Source of the DNA: an uncultured delta proteobacterium
Lineage (GTDB): Bacteria; Myxococcota_A; UBA9160; SMWR01
DNA length: 64,000 bases
Assembly (NCBI GenBank): GCA_963832165.1
Contig: CAWHTE010000003.1
Span: forward strand, 512,001-576,000
Reading direction: 5' to 3'
Part shown: in pieces, positions 1-10,659 of the stretch
Layout: every line of letters starts with the position of its first letter
Numbering within the stretch: position 1 is the stretch's first letter
Notes under the pieces: generated by a model
What the model saw: only the letters and a program-made list of their open reading frames with translations
Told to the model about the DNA's origin: nothing
Database searches by the model: none
Made by a program: the position numbers and the translations under genes

Positions 1-564
1 GCGTGCGCAGCGCGATCTCGAGCTCGAGGTCGAGCTCGCGCAGCTCGAGGTAGGCCTGCGCGACGTCCGTGACCAGCGTCAGCACGACCGCGCGCCGCAC
101 GTCCTCGGCGGCGTACAGGTTGGCCAGCTGCACCTCCGTCGCGCGCCGGATGCGCCCCCAGAGGTCGATCTCCCAGGCCATCTGGAACGCGCCGAAGAAG
201 AGGTTGGTCGTGCGCCCGAACCCGTCGGCCTCGGACTGGAACCGGCCGCGCTCGGCCGAGCCGTCGTAGGTCACCCCGGGCAGCGCGTCGGCGCGGATCA
301 CTCCGACCGCATAACGGGCCTGCTCGACGCGCGCGGCGGCGATCCGCAGATCGTGGTTGTTCTGGAGCGACTCTTCGATCAGCTGCTTGAGCACGGGATC
401 GCGGAAGACGTCCCACCACGGGAGGTCCGCGATCGAGGTCGCGGACTGCAGCCTCCTCGCCGCGGAACGCGGGCTGGACCTCGATCTCGGGCTGCCGGTA
501 GCGCGGTCCGATCGCGCATGCGCACAGCGACGAGACACAGCACCGTGACGAGACTCTTCCGCAT
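1..564 (-). CDS. Efflux outer-membrane factor lipoprotein (NodT/OprM family), runs off window start; two apparent frameshifts near the 5' end
   Basis: ATG at 564 (MRKSLVTVLCLV). Shifted frames give the lipobox ...CACAIGPRYRQPEI and then SIADLPWWDVFRDPVLKQLIEESLQNNHDLRIAAARVEQAR, the typical OMF N-terminus. Directly downstream of an RND permease. Confidence 0.85.
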
Positions 565-569
565 GGAAC

Positions 570-3500
570 TCAGTGCGCTGCGTCCGGTGCGGGGGTTGCG
601 ACCAGCGGGGTTGCCTCGGGGCTCACCTGCTTCTTCTTTCCGAGAGATTGAACGAACGCGAAGTTGCCGGGGATCAGGAATACGCCGAAGAACGTCGCGA
701 CGAGCATGCCCCAGAACACGGCCGTTCCCATCACGTTCTGCGCACCCGCGCCCGCGCCGCTCGCGATCATGAGCGGGACGACGCCCAGGATGAACGCGAA
801 CGCCGTCATGAGGATCGGGCGGAAGCGCAGCCGCGCCGACTCGAGCGCTGCGGCTTCGATCTCCTGGCCCTCGTCCTGCTTCGCCTTCGCGAACTCGACG
901 ATCAGGATCGCGTTCTTGGCCGCGAGTCCGATCAGCATGATGTTGCCGATCTGGACGTAGACGTTGTTGTCGTAGCCCATCAGCCAGACGCCGAAGAACG
1001 AGCCGAGCGCGACCAGCGGCGATCCGAGCAGCACCGCCCAGGGCAGCCGCCAGCTCTCGTAGAGCGCCGCGAGCAGCAGGAACACGAACACGATCGCGAG
1101 CGCGAAGGTCGGACCGGCCGGCGGGGCGACCTTCTCCTGATAGGTCATCTGGCTGTAGGCGACGCCCATCTCCTTCGGCATCGTCTCGTCGAACACCTCT
1201 TCGAGTGCTGCGAGCGTCTGGCCCGAGCTGTAGCCCGGCGCGGGCACGCCGTTGAACTCGACGGAGCGGAACAGGTTGAAGCGGTTGGTGATCTCGGTGC
1301 CGGACTCCGACGTGATCGTCACGAGCGTGGACAGCGGGATCATCTCGCCGCTGACGTTGCTGCGCACGAAGATCCTGCCGATGTCTTCGGGCCGCCGCCG
1401 CTGATCCGACTCGGCCTGGACGTAGACGCGGAACAGTCGGCCGAAGCGGTTGAAGTCGTTCACGTAGCTGCCGCCGAGCACCGACGACATCGCCGAGAAG
1501 ACGTCGTTGATCGGCACGCCGAGCTTGCGCGCCTTCTCGCGGTCGAGCTCGACCTTCACCTGCGGGTAGCGCGGATCGAAGGAGGTGAAGATGTTGCCGA
1601 CCTCGGGCCGCTTGCGGGCCGCGTCCGCGAACTGCCGGCTCCGCTCGCCGAGGTCCGCCACGCTCATGCTGCCGCTGCGGTCCTGGAGGATGAAGTTGAA
1701 TCCCGCCGACGCGCCGAAGCCCGAGATGGTGGGAATGTTGAACGGGAAGACGATCGCCTCCGGCACGCGCGCGAACTGGGCCTGGAGCGTGCGCATGATC
1801 CCGCGCACGTGCAGCGCGTCGCCGGACCGCTCCTCCCACGGCTTCAACCGGATGAAGATCGTGCCGAAGTTGGGCTGATAGGTGCTCGTCACGACGCCGT
1901 AGCCGCCGATCGTCTGATACGCGTCGACCCCTTCCGTCTTGCCGACGATCTCCTCCACCTTCGAGAGGACTGCGCTCGTGCGCTCGAGCGAGGAGCCCGC
2001 GGGCAGCGTCACGTTGACGCCCATGATGCCCTGGTCTTCGTCGGGGATGAAGCCGGCCGCGAGCCGGCTGCCGAACAGGCCGGCCACGATGGCGACTCCC
2101 GCGACGATCACGATCGTGAGCGATGCGCGCCGCACGAGCAGCTGCGTGTAGCTCATGTAATGCGTGGTGGTGCGGTCGAATACGCGGTTGAAGCCGGCGA
2201 AGAACTTGCCGAGCACTCCGCCCATCGGCTTGTGCGGCTTGAGCAGCATCGCCGCCAGCGCCGGAGAGAGCGACAGCGCGCTGAACGCCGACATCAGCAC
2301 CGAGATCGCGATCGTGAGCGCGAACTGCTGGTACATCTGTCCCGTGAGGCCGCCGAGCATCGCGACGGGGATGAACACGGCCGAGAGGATCAGCGCGATG
2401 CCGATCACGGGCGCCGTCACTTCCTTCATCGCCTGCTTCGTCGCATCGACGGGGCGATAAGCCGTGTTCCATGTGGTGGATCACCGCCTCGACCACCACG
2501 ATCGCGTCGTCGACCACGATGCCGATCGCGAGCACGAGGCCGAACATCGACAGCGTGTTCACCGAGAAGCCGAGCAACGGGAAGAAGATGAGGGTGCCGA
2601 TCAGCGACACCGGCACGGTCAGCAGCGGGATCAGCGTCGCGCGGAAGTTCTGCAGGAAGATGAATACGACGATCGTGACGAGGATGACCGCCTCGACGAA
2701 GGTGTGCAGGATCGACTCGATCGACGCCTCGACCGCGGGCGTCGTGTCGTAGACGATCGTGTAGTCCATGTCGGGCGGGAAGAGCTCCTTCGCCCGCTTC
2801 ATCGTCTCGTAGATCGCCGCAGCAGCCTGGAGCTGATTGGCGCCCGGCAGCAGGTAGACGGCCATCGCGCCCGACGGGTTGCCGTTCAGCCGGCCGAACG
2901 AGTTGTAGTCCTGGGAGCCGAGCTCGGCGCGGCCGATGTCGCCCACGCGGACCTGCGCGCCGGAGATGTCCTGCCGGATGATGATGTTCTCGAACTCTTC
3001 GGGCGTGACGAGCCGACCCGGGGCGCTGACCGTGTAGGTGAAATCCTGGTCCTTCGGCGAAGGCGCCGCCCCGACGCGCCCGGCCGGCGCCTGCAGGTTC
3101 TGCTCCTTGATCGCTGCGATCACGTCGGAGGGCGTGAGCCCGAGCTTGGCCATCTTGTCGGGCTCGAGCCAGACGCGCATGCCGTAGTCGGTGCCGCCGA
3201 ACAGATCGACCTGCGCGATGCCGGGGATGCGCAGGATCTGGTCGCGCAGGTTGATGCCGCAGTAGTTGATCAGGAAGTTCGCGTCGTAGCTTCCGTTCGG
3301 CGAAGCGAGCGAGATCAGCATCAGGATGCTGGGGCTCATCTTCTTGACCGTGACGCCCTGGGCGATCACCTCCTGCGGGAGGCGCGCCTGCGCCGAGGAC
3401 ACGCGGTTCTGCGTCAGGACGTTCGCCATGTCCTGGTTCACGCCGACCGCGAAGTTGACGTCGAGCTGCATGCGGCCGTCGCTGGTATTCGACGACTTCA

Positions 3501-3732
3501 TGTAGATCATGTTCTCGACGCCGTTGACTTCCTGCTCGACCGGCGTCGCGACGGACTGCTCGACCGCCACGGCCGAAGCGCCCGGGTACGTGCCCGTGAC
3601 GCGGATCGTCGGTGGCGCGAGGAACGGATACTGCTCGATGCTGAGGCCCAGGAGCGTATTCAGCCCGAGCAGAACGGTCAGGATCGCGATCACGATCGCG
3701 ACGATCGGACGCCGGATGAAGAACTCCGCCAC
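570..3732 (-). CDS. RND multidrug efflux permease (HAE1/AcrB-like), split by a +1 indel at about 2451-2454
   Basis: N-terminus MAEFFIRRPIVAIVIAIL; motifs GIVVDDAIVVVE, GLAAKNAILIVEFA, RFRPILMT. Removing one base from the G4 run at 2451-2454 joins ORF 379..3732 to ORF 570..2429 (LSP-VDATKQAMKEVTAP). Confidence 0.93.
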
Positions 3733-3744
3733 GGGTCGGCTCCG

Positions 3745-4908
3745 TTACGGCTTCGGAGGCGGGGGCGCAGACGCGACGGCGGCTTCCGGAACGGGATTGA
3801 CGATCAACCCGTCGCGCACTTTCTGAACTCCTTCGACCACCACCCGTTCGCCGGGTTTCAGGCCCTCTTCGATCACCCACACGTTGTTCGCGCGGGCGCC
3901 GGCCTTCACGCCGCGAATCGCGACCTTGTTCTCGGCGTCGACGACCGCCACTTGATAGGTCCCTTGCAGCTCCTGCACCGAGCGCTGCGGCACGACGATG
4001 GCGCCGATCTTGGTCTCGGTCGCCGCGCGCACCTTCGCATACTGTCCCGGCCGCAAGAGGTTACTCGGGTTCGGGAACAGGTTCACGATCATCATCGTTC
4101 CGGTCTGGACGTCGACCTCGCGATTGGCCACCGAGACGGAGCCGCGTTCGGGGTAGAGCGTTCCGTCGGCGAGGATCAGCTCCACGCTGGCCTTCTCGTG
4201 CCCGGGTTTGTTTACGCGCGATGCGAAGCGCAGGTACTCCTGCTCGCTGATCGGAATCGACACCTTGATCGGATCGAGCTGCGAAACCGTCGTCAGGATG
4301 GTGTTCTCGCTGATCAGATCGCCGACCTGAGCCACGGCGATGCCGGCGACGCCATCGATCGGCGAGGTGACGCGGGTCCAGTCGAGATCGAGCTGGGCCT
4401 CTTGCATCGCGGCCCGCGCCGTGTCCGAGGCGGCCTTCGCGGCGCGGTGCGACTGGATGGCGTCGTCGAGCTCCTGCTGGCTCACCGCACCCTCGGCGGC
4501 GAGCGGCGTATAGCGATTGACGTCCTGCGTCGCCTTCGTGAGCTGGGCCGCGGCCCGGCCGAACTCCCCGCGGGCCTGGTCGAGTGCGGCCTGGTAGGGA
4601 CGCGCGTCGATGCGGAACAGCAGGTCACCCGCCTTGACGACGTTGCCCTCCGTGTACTTGCGTTCCTGGAGGTATCCGGTCACGCGGGCGCGGATCTGGG
4701 CGTTGATGTTCCCGTCGATCGTGCCGACCCACTCGAAATAGATCGGCACGTCCTTCCGAACGACGTCGGCCACGACCACGTCCGGCGGCGGCGGCGGCGC
4801 CACCGACTCCGAGCAGGCGCAGAGCACGAGCGGAGCGAGGGCCAGCAAGCCGGTCGGCAGGTAGGCGAATCTCGCCCGGCGGCGGGCCATCAATAGCCGT
4901 TCATTCAT
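3745..4908 (-). CDS. RND periplasmic adaptor (membrane fusion lipoprotein)
   Basis: Lipobox LVLCAC; IRARVTGYL, VKAGDLLFRID, SPIDGVAG, NLLRPGQY; upstream of the permease. Start at 4908 or 4890. Confidence 0.92.
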   Translation of the reverse strand: MNERLLMARRRARFAYLPTGLLALAPLVLCACSESVAPPPPPDVVVADVVRKDVPIYFEWVGTIDGNINAQIRARVTGYLQERKYTEGNVVKAGDLLFRIDARPYQAALDQARGEFGRAAAQLTKATQDVNRYTPLAAEGAVSQQELDDAIQSHRAAKAASDTARAAMQEAQLDLDWTRVTSPIDGVAGIAVAQVGDLISENTILTTVSQLDPIKVSIPISEQEYLRFASRVNKPGHEKASVELILADGTLYPERGSVSVANREVDVQTGTMMIVNLFPNPSNLLRPGQYAKVRAATETKIGAIVVPQRSVQELQGTYQVAVVDAENKVAIRGVKAGARANNVWVIEEGLKPGERVVVEGVQKVRDGLIVNPVPEAAVASAPPPPKP

Positions 4909-5095
4909 CCGCGAGCTCCGGGGCGCCTTCGTGCTGCAGATGTCGCCTGAATACCACACCCCATTGCTGTTTTGGAAGTTGTTTCGAGAGCCGAACGTGT
5001 GCCGCAACCGCGCACCTCGTCGGCAACTACGCGGCGATGACCGCGAGTGGAACTCGATCTTTCAGCCCGCGATCGCGCGCATGCCGGGCCCACTC

Positions 5096-7333
5096 TTAGA
5101 AGTTGCGCCCGAGGTAGAGATAGGCCTGGCTGTGCCCACCCTCGCCGTAGGCGTAGGAGAGATAGAGCGGGCCGAGCGGCGTATCGACTCCGACGAACGG
5201 GCCCGCCGAGATCAGCAGATCGTTGTCGATGTCGCTGCGGTCGTCCCAGGCGTTCCCGATCTCGGCGAGTCCTCCGACGTACACGGGAAATTCCCAGGCA
5301 AAGACCGCGGGAGAGGCGATTCGCCGGTACGCGATGAGCCGCGCGAGCCCGGTGTGCTCTCCGCTGAGTGAATTGCGCTCGAATCCGGAATGGTTCAGGA
5401 AGCCTCCCAGCGAGTGCGCGGCTTCGATACGCGACCCCCCGATGTCGATCGACGTCTCGTACTTGAGCCCGACGCCGAACGTGTTCTTGCGCCATGTGCG
5501 GAAGATCGAGCCCCCTCCAGCGACGCGCTCGAAGTTCTCGGCGAAGCCGAGATCCTTGCGGAAGAAGGTCGCGTCGATGCGGCCATACGCGCCGTCGTTC
5601 GGGAAGCGCACGTCGTCGAGCGTGTCCCATTCCAGGGTGGCCCCGTACACCCCACCCGAGAACTTCTGGTTCCTGAACGCCGCTGGATCGCCGATCGAGC
5701 GGGTGGCCTTCCCGTTGTAGTAGCCGATGCCGCCGCGCACCTGCGCGTAGCGGCCGACATTGAACCCCACGAAGAAGCCGGTGAGCGCCTCCTCGAAGTC
5801 GTACTCGGCGAGATGGTGGTCGCGCTCCCAGACGTCGACTTTGCGCAGCGTGTAGTCCACGAACGGCATCACGAACAGCCACTCGCGCGGCTCGATCGGC
5901 TGATAGAGCTCGGTGCCGACGTGAGAGGTGTCGCCGAACTGAGCCGCGGTGCGGATCTCGCCGTCCCACGAGTTGATCGGGAACACGACGTGATTGAGCC
6001 CGATGTTGAAGGTGGACGACTTGCCGAGATTCGACTCGAGGTTCAGGCCGAACCTGATGTACTGACGACCGCGCTCGCGCGCGTCCATCTCGTAGATCAG
6101 CACCGTGCGGTCGTTCTCGCGGCGCACGTCGAAGCGCACGCGCTCGAACGCGTCGAGGCCGAACAGGCGGCCGAGATCGTCCGACACGGCCTCGAGGTCG
6201 AGCGGCTTTCCCGCCTCGGAGTCGATGCGCGCCTTGACGACGCGATCCGAGACCGGCGAGCGGTTCACGATGCGGACCTCGTCGATCACGGGCAGCTGGA
6301 CGGGCGGCCTGCGCTGCTTCTTCAGCCACTCGGCGTATTCGGCTTCCGAGACCGAATAACGCGCGAGGCGGTCCTTGTTCGCGAGCGCCGCCTGCCGGCC
6401 GATCTCGACCGCCTCCGCCATGCGTGTGAAGTCGGACGCGGCGATGTCGCCGAGCGGCGGCTGGAGCAGCACGTCGTCTTTCTTGAGGCGCGCGATCTGT
6501 GCCGCCTGCGACTGCTGCACGGGGAAGGTCGACACCTGACCCGAGATCGCGACGGCGGTCTCGAGATCGTCGAGCTTGGAGGCGGGCGTCGAGATGTCGA
6601 CCGCGATCACCGCGTCGGCGCCGAGCTCCTGCGCCACGTCGATCGGCAGGTTGTTCGCCACGTAGCCATCGACGAGCAGCCGCTTGTTCAGGCTCACCGG
6701 AGAGAACGCGGCGGGGATCGACATGCTCGCGCGCTGCGCGACGGCGAGGGGACCCCGGTCGAATACGAACTGCTCTCCGGTCTCGATGTCGGTCGCCACC
6801 GCGCGGTAGGGCAGGCGCAGATTCTCGATCTGCGCGAGGCCGTTCGCGTCGAGCGTCATCGCGCGCAGCAGGAAGTCGAGCTTCTGGCCCTCGGCGACAC
6901 CGGACGGGATGAAGAGGCTCCAGTTCTTGATGCCCAGGCGCAGATTCGTGAGGAAGCTGCGGTCGTCCTGTTTGCGCCGGAACGAGAGGTCCTGGCGGTC
7001 GGGCTTGTCCTGGAACACGCGCACCCAGTCGACGCTCTGGATCGTGTCGTTCACCTCGGCGGGCGAGAGCCCCGCCGCGTAGAGGCCGCCCACGACCGAG
7101 CCCATGCTCGTGCCCGTAACGAAATCGACCGGGATTCGCATCTCTTCGAGCACCTGGAGCACGCCCAGGTGTGCCGCGCCGCGCGCACCGCCGCCCGAGA
7201 GCACGAGGCCGAGCTTCGGGCGCGCAGCGCGCTTGGCGGGTTTCTCCGCGGGCGCAGGGCCGGGCAGCACCAGAACAAAAGCAACGGCGACCAACAGAGC
7301 GATGAATGCCCGGCCGTTTCCCCGATTCCTCAT
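5096..7333 (-). CDS. Patatin-like phospholipase fused to POTRA/Omp85-type barrel (PlpD-like, type Vd)
   Basis: Signal peptide; GLVLSGGGARGAAHLG, GTSMG nucleophile motif, DGY acid motif; C-terminal barrel ending DTPLGPLYLSYAYGEGGHSQAYLYLGRNF. Confidence 0.88.
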   Translation of the reverse strand: MRNRGNGRAFIALLVAVAFVLVLPGPAPAEKPAKRAARPKLGLVLSGGGARGAAHLGVLQVLEEMRIPVDFVTGTSMGSVVGGLYAAGLSPAEVNDTIQSVDWVRVFQDKPDRQDLSFRRKQDDRSFLTNLRLGIKNWSLFIPSGVAEGQKLDFLLRAMTLDANGLAQIENLRLPYRAVATDIETGEQFVFDRGPLAVAQRASMSIPAAFSPVSLNKRLLVDGYVANNLPIDVAQELGADAVIAVDISTPASKLDDLETAVAISGQVSTFPVQQSQAAQIARLKKDDVLLQPPLGDIAASDFTRMAEAVEIGRQAALANKDRLARYSVSEAEYAEWLKKQRRPPVQLPVIDEVRIVNRSPVSDRVVKARIDSEAGKPLDLEAVSDDLGRLFGLDAFERVRFDVRRENDRTVLIYEMDARERGRQYIRFGLNLESNLGKSSTFNIGLNHVVFPINSWDGEIRTAAQFGDTSHVGTELYQPIEPREWLFVMPFVDYTLRKVDVWERDHHLAEYDFEEALTGFFVGFNVGRYAQVRGGIGYYNGKATRSIGDPAAFRNQKFSGGVYGATLEWDTLDDVRFPNDGAYGRIDATFFRKDLGFAENFERVAGGGSIFRTWRKNTFGVGLKYETSIDIGGSRIEAAHSLGGFLNHSGFERNSLSGEHTGLARLIAYRRIASPAVFAWEFPVYVGGLAEIGNAWDDRSDIDNDLLISAGPFVGVDTPLGPLYLSYAYGEGGHSQAYLYLGRNF

Positions 7334-7392
7334 GCGCGGCTTAGCTTGACCGCGATCGCAGTGATTGCGCAAGCGATTTCGTCGCGATCGGA

Positions 7393-8838
7393 TCAATCGA
7401 ACGGGGAGTACACGAGGCCCACGTGAATGCGCACGACATCGCCACTGTCGTCGCGGTTGTTCACCTCGCGGAACCCGTACAGCCCTTCGACACCGATCGA
7501 GAGCCGCTTGTACAGCTGGTAGATGAGATTGAGGCTGCCGTAGTAGGTCTCGTTGTAGGAATTTGCGAGCTGGATCCTCGTGTTGTCGACATGGACGTAG
7601 CCGAACGTGCCCGTCGACCGCAGGTCCGGCGTCCACTTGTGGGTGAGCGCGAGCATGCCGCTCTGGTAGGGCAGGGCCTCCAGATCACCATCGCTGTCGA
7701 ATGCGGCGTCCGTGTTCTCGAAGCCCGAGTCGTTGCCGAGGCCTCCGACTCCTTGACCGACCACGCCGAGGAACTGCATCGAGTCGTTGTCGGTGAACGC
7801 GATCGAGCCACTCAGGTTGACGCCCCAGCCGAGGTCTCCCTCGTGGCCGGCGAGGCCGTTGCGCACCTGGAGCGATCGCACGAGCGTGCTGAACTGGAGA
7901 TGGCCCAGGGCTCCCGGCTCCCAGCGGATGTTGAAGCCGCCGTCGGGCGCATTCTGCCGCTCGTCGCTATCCGGATCTCCCGTGTTGTCGATCTGCACGT
8001 TCGGGTCTTCGATCCCGACCGTGATGTTCCAGTGCTCCACGAGCTCGCGCGTGTAGTGGAGCACGGGGCGCCGCGCGAAGATCATCGAGTTCGGCCCCTC
8101 GTAGTCCACCGTGTCGGGCCAGGAGTCGGGGTTCTCCCAGAGGCTGTACGTGAACCCGCCGACGACTCCATGGAACTGGCCGTAGAGATGCTGCAGCCGG
8201 TACTCCATGTGGCTGTCGTCTTCGCCGAAGAAATCGTTCTGGTAGAAGAGGCGGAAGTTGCCGCCGAGTGCCGGAGCGCGCAGGTCGACGCGGATCTGGC
8301 TGCCGTTGGCGCCGGCGTCGAACTGCGCACCGGCGTCGTAATCCGACGTGTTCTCGATCGCAAACAGCGCCGGAGCGAACCGGTACCGGCTGTCGCCCGG
8401 ACTCCGCAGCGTCTGCATCAGATCGAGACGGGGCCTCGGGTTGAACTTCACCATGAACACGGTGCGCGGAACCGGGATGAAGCCGCGGTACTGCGGATCG
8501 AGCACGTAATCGCCGGGCCGCGCCGCGGCCTCCTGGCGGTCGTCGAAGGTGCTGCGGTTCGCGACCGGGCTCTGACGGGTGTCGGGATACAGCTGCGCCT
8601 CGATCTCCTCGGCCGACCGCGCCGTACTCGGATCCGGCGGTGCGGACACGGGCGGCGGTGACTCCCGCTCGAGCTCCTCGATGCGGGTTTCGAGGTCGCG
8701 GATCACGCCGTCCTGTCGCTCGAGCTGCTGCTCGAGCTGATCCACTTCCTTCTTCGTGGGCGTTTTGTCCGCGGCGCTCGCCGCGGTTCCACACACCAGA
8801 CCGATGCTCGCGATCCAAGCGGTGAGTCGACGCGCCAT
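7393..8838 (-). CDS. DcaP-family trimeric outer-membrane porin
   Basis: Signal peptide, N-terminal coiled coil (EVDQLEQQLERQDGVIRDLETRIEELE), YRLQHLYGQ, PDTVDYEGPNS, amphipathic beta strands. Confidence 0.75.
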   Translation of the reverse strand: MARRLTAWIASIGLVCGTAASAADKTPTKKEVDQLEQQLERQDGVIRDLETRIEELERESPPPVSAPPDPSTARSAEEIEAQLYPDTRQSPVANRSTFDDRQEAAARPGDYVLDPQYRGFIPVPRTVFMVKFNPRPRLDLMQTLRSPGDSRYRFAPALFAIENTSDYDAGAQFDAGANGSQIRVDLRAPALGGNFRLFYQNDFFGEDDSHMEYRLQHLYGQFHGVVGGFTYSLWENPDSWPDTVDYEGPNSMIFARRPVLHYTRELVEHWNITVGIEDPNVQIDNTGDPDSDERQNAPDGGFNIRWEPGALGHLQFSTLVRSLQVRNGLAGHEGDLGWGVNLSGSIAFTDNDSMQFLGVVGQGVGGLGNDSGFENTDAAFDSDGDLEALPYQSGMLALTHKWTPDLRSTGTFGYVHVDNTRIQLANSYNETYYGSLNLIYQLYKRLSIGVEGLYGFREVNNRDDSGDVVRIHVGLVYSPFD

Positions 8839-9067
8839 CCTGACTCCCTCTGGTTGGAGTTCATGCGTTTCGGAGCGAACTCGCGCACTCTATAACCCGG
8901 CGCCGATCACGAGCAATCGAAAAAGAATCCGGCCTAGCACAGCTCGCGTGATAGGATCGTCCGCCGCCCGAGCGCGATTCGCGATTGCTGTCCGTGATCA
9001 CGCGTTAAAGAATCGTGGATGCGGGTTAAATACCCGTTGTCTTTCACACACAGGGAAGGAGTCCGCC

Positions 9068-9445
9068 ATGCGAGTGCGAGTCGCGCTGCTGCTTCTGGGC
9101 GCGTCGCTGATTTCGACCGCACTCGGCTGCACGTCGAAGGTCGGAACCGTGACGATCTTCTCGACGCGCAACGTGGAGATGAGCCAGCCGCACGATCGTC
9201 TCCCTCGCGCGGAGCAGAGCGACAGCCGGTTGTGGCTCCTGTTCCTGCCGCTGGGAGGCGCGCCGAGCGGTCTCCAGGCTGCCACTGATCTGATCGAAGG
9301 GCAGAACGCCGACTATCTCACCAACGTCGAGGTGACCGAGGGCGGATGGTCGCTGCTCGCGATCAGCATGGGGTGGGTGACGGTGCAGGCCGATCCGTGG
9401 CGGCAGGGCGGTGGAGCGGCTCCGACCGGAACGAACCAGCGCTAG
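9068..9445 (+). CDS. Small hypothetical lipoprotein
   Basis: RBS GGAAGGAG before ATG 9068; lipobox TALGC. Confidence 0.7.
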   Translation: MRVRVALLLLGASLISTALGCTSKVGTVTIFSTRNVEMSQPHDRLPRAEQSDSRLWLLFLPLGGAPSGLQAATDLIEGQNADYLTNVEVTEGGWSLLAISMGWVTVQADPWRQGGGAAPTGTNQR

Positions 9446-9499
9446 GCGCTGCGCAGGGGTCGGCCCCATCTCGCGCGCCTTCCTCGCCGCTCGCTGCTG

Positions 9500-10597
9500 G
9501 TGTCAGCGGCGAGCGCCGCGGGCCGCGCAGCCGAGCCGGTGCCCGCGCTGCCCGATCCGATCCAGATCGATTCGTCGGGAACAGGGCAGCCGCCCGCCCA
9601 CGAGCCGGATCCGAAACGCGCGCGGGACTGGCTGTTGCTCACGAGCGGCGAGCTCCTGCGCGGCAGGATCGAGTACATCCGCGACGAAGAGGTCCACTTC
9701 GACAGCGACGAGCTCGAGGATCTCGAGCTCGACTGGTCCGACGTGGCGGGCTTCGCCTCACCGAGGCACAACACCTTTCGATTCGGCAACGAGACCATCG
9801 TCACGGGCACGGCAGCGATGCGCGGTGGCGTGATCCGCGTCGATACGAGTGCCGGAGTCCGCGAGTTCCCGCGCAACGAGCTCTACAGCATGATCGAAGG
9901 GGAGCTGCGCGAGCTCGACTACTGGTCGCTCGATGCGGGTCTGGGTCTCACGTGGCGCTCGGGCAACTCGGACCAGGCGGATATGACCGCTCGGCTGGAC
10001 GTGAAGCGCGAGACCGCGCTGACGCGGCTCGTCGCGGCCTACGAGAGCGCGTACAGCGAGGTCGAGAGCGACGACGTCACCGACAATCAGCGCCTGACGA
10101 GCTACTTCGCCTACTTCGTGACGACGCGCGCCTCGCTGGCCGCTCCGATCGTCGAGCTCTACCGCGACCGCGTTCGCAACGTCGACTTGCGGACGACGGT
10201 GGCCGCCGGCGTCGGATACGACGTCGTCGATCGCCCGCGCATCGAGTGGAACGTGCTCGGCGGTGCGGGCTACCAGCGGGCGGAGTACGCCTCGATCGAG
10301 GTAGGTGAAGCGGACACCACCGAAGACGCCGCGCTGCTGTTCCAGACCCGATTCGAGCTCGACCCGATCGCCGACGTGGACTGGGACACCACCTATACGC
10401 TGATCGCGGTCGTGTCGGATTGGGACAAGACGAGTCATCACCTGTTGTCGGTGCTGTCGTTCGAGGTCTGGGGGCCGCTCGATCTCGACGTGAGCTTCGA
10501 TTGGGACCGCATCGAGAGGCCCGCCGAAGACCGCAACGGCGATGCGCCCGATAGCGACGATTTCCAGCTGACGGTCGGCGTCTCCCTCGAGCTCTGA
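9500..10597 (+). CDS. DUF481/YdiY-like outer-membrane beta-barrel protein (true start probably slightly upstream)
   Basis: DWLLLTSGELLRGRI N-domain, GLTWRSGNSDQ, beta-strand pattern ending FQLTVGVSLEL; signal peptide looks disrupted. Confidence 0.7.
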   Translation: MSAASAAGRAAEPVPALPDPIQIDSSGTGQPPAHEPDPKRARDWLLLTSGELLRGRIEYIRDEEVHFDSDELEDLELDWSDVAGFASPRHNTFRFGNETIVTGTAAMRGGVIRVDTSAGVREFPRNELYSMIEGELRELDYWSLDAGLGLTWRSGNSDQADMTARLDVKRETALTRLVAAYESAYSEVESDDVTDNQRLTSYFAYFVTTRASLAAPIVELYRDRVRNVDLRTTVAAGVGYDVVDRPRIEWNVLGGAGYQRAEYASIEVGEADTTEDAALLFQTRFELDPIADVDWDTTYTLIAVVSDWDKTSHHLLSVLSFEVWGPLDLDVSFDWDRIERPAEDRNGDAPDSDDFQLTVGVSLEL

Positions 10598-10659
10598 GCG
10601 CCGCGGATCGCGGACGGAAACGTTGGCCGGGAGCGGCGCGGTTGTGCAAGAGTCCGGCC

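Noticed and set aside
2440..2460. Programmed frameshifting or phase variation at split genes
   Set aside because: No slippery heptamers or long tracts; indels are spread over unrelated genes, favouring sequencing error.
379..3732. 1117-aa ORF as an RND protein with a novel C-terminal half
   Set aside because: The tail after about residue 428 is off-frame read-through; the real continuation is ORF 570..2429.
10636..10650. Sigma54-like CGGCGCGGTTGTGCA upstream of the SphA-like gene
   Set aside because: GG-to-GC spacing is 9 nt, not the required 10.
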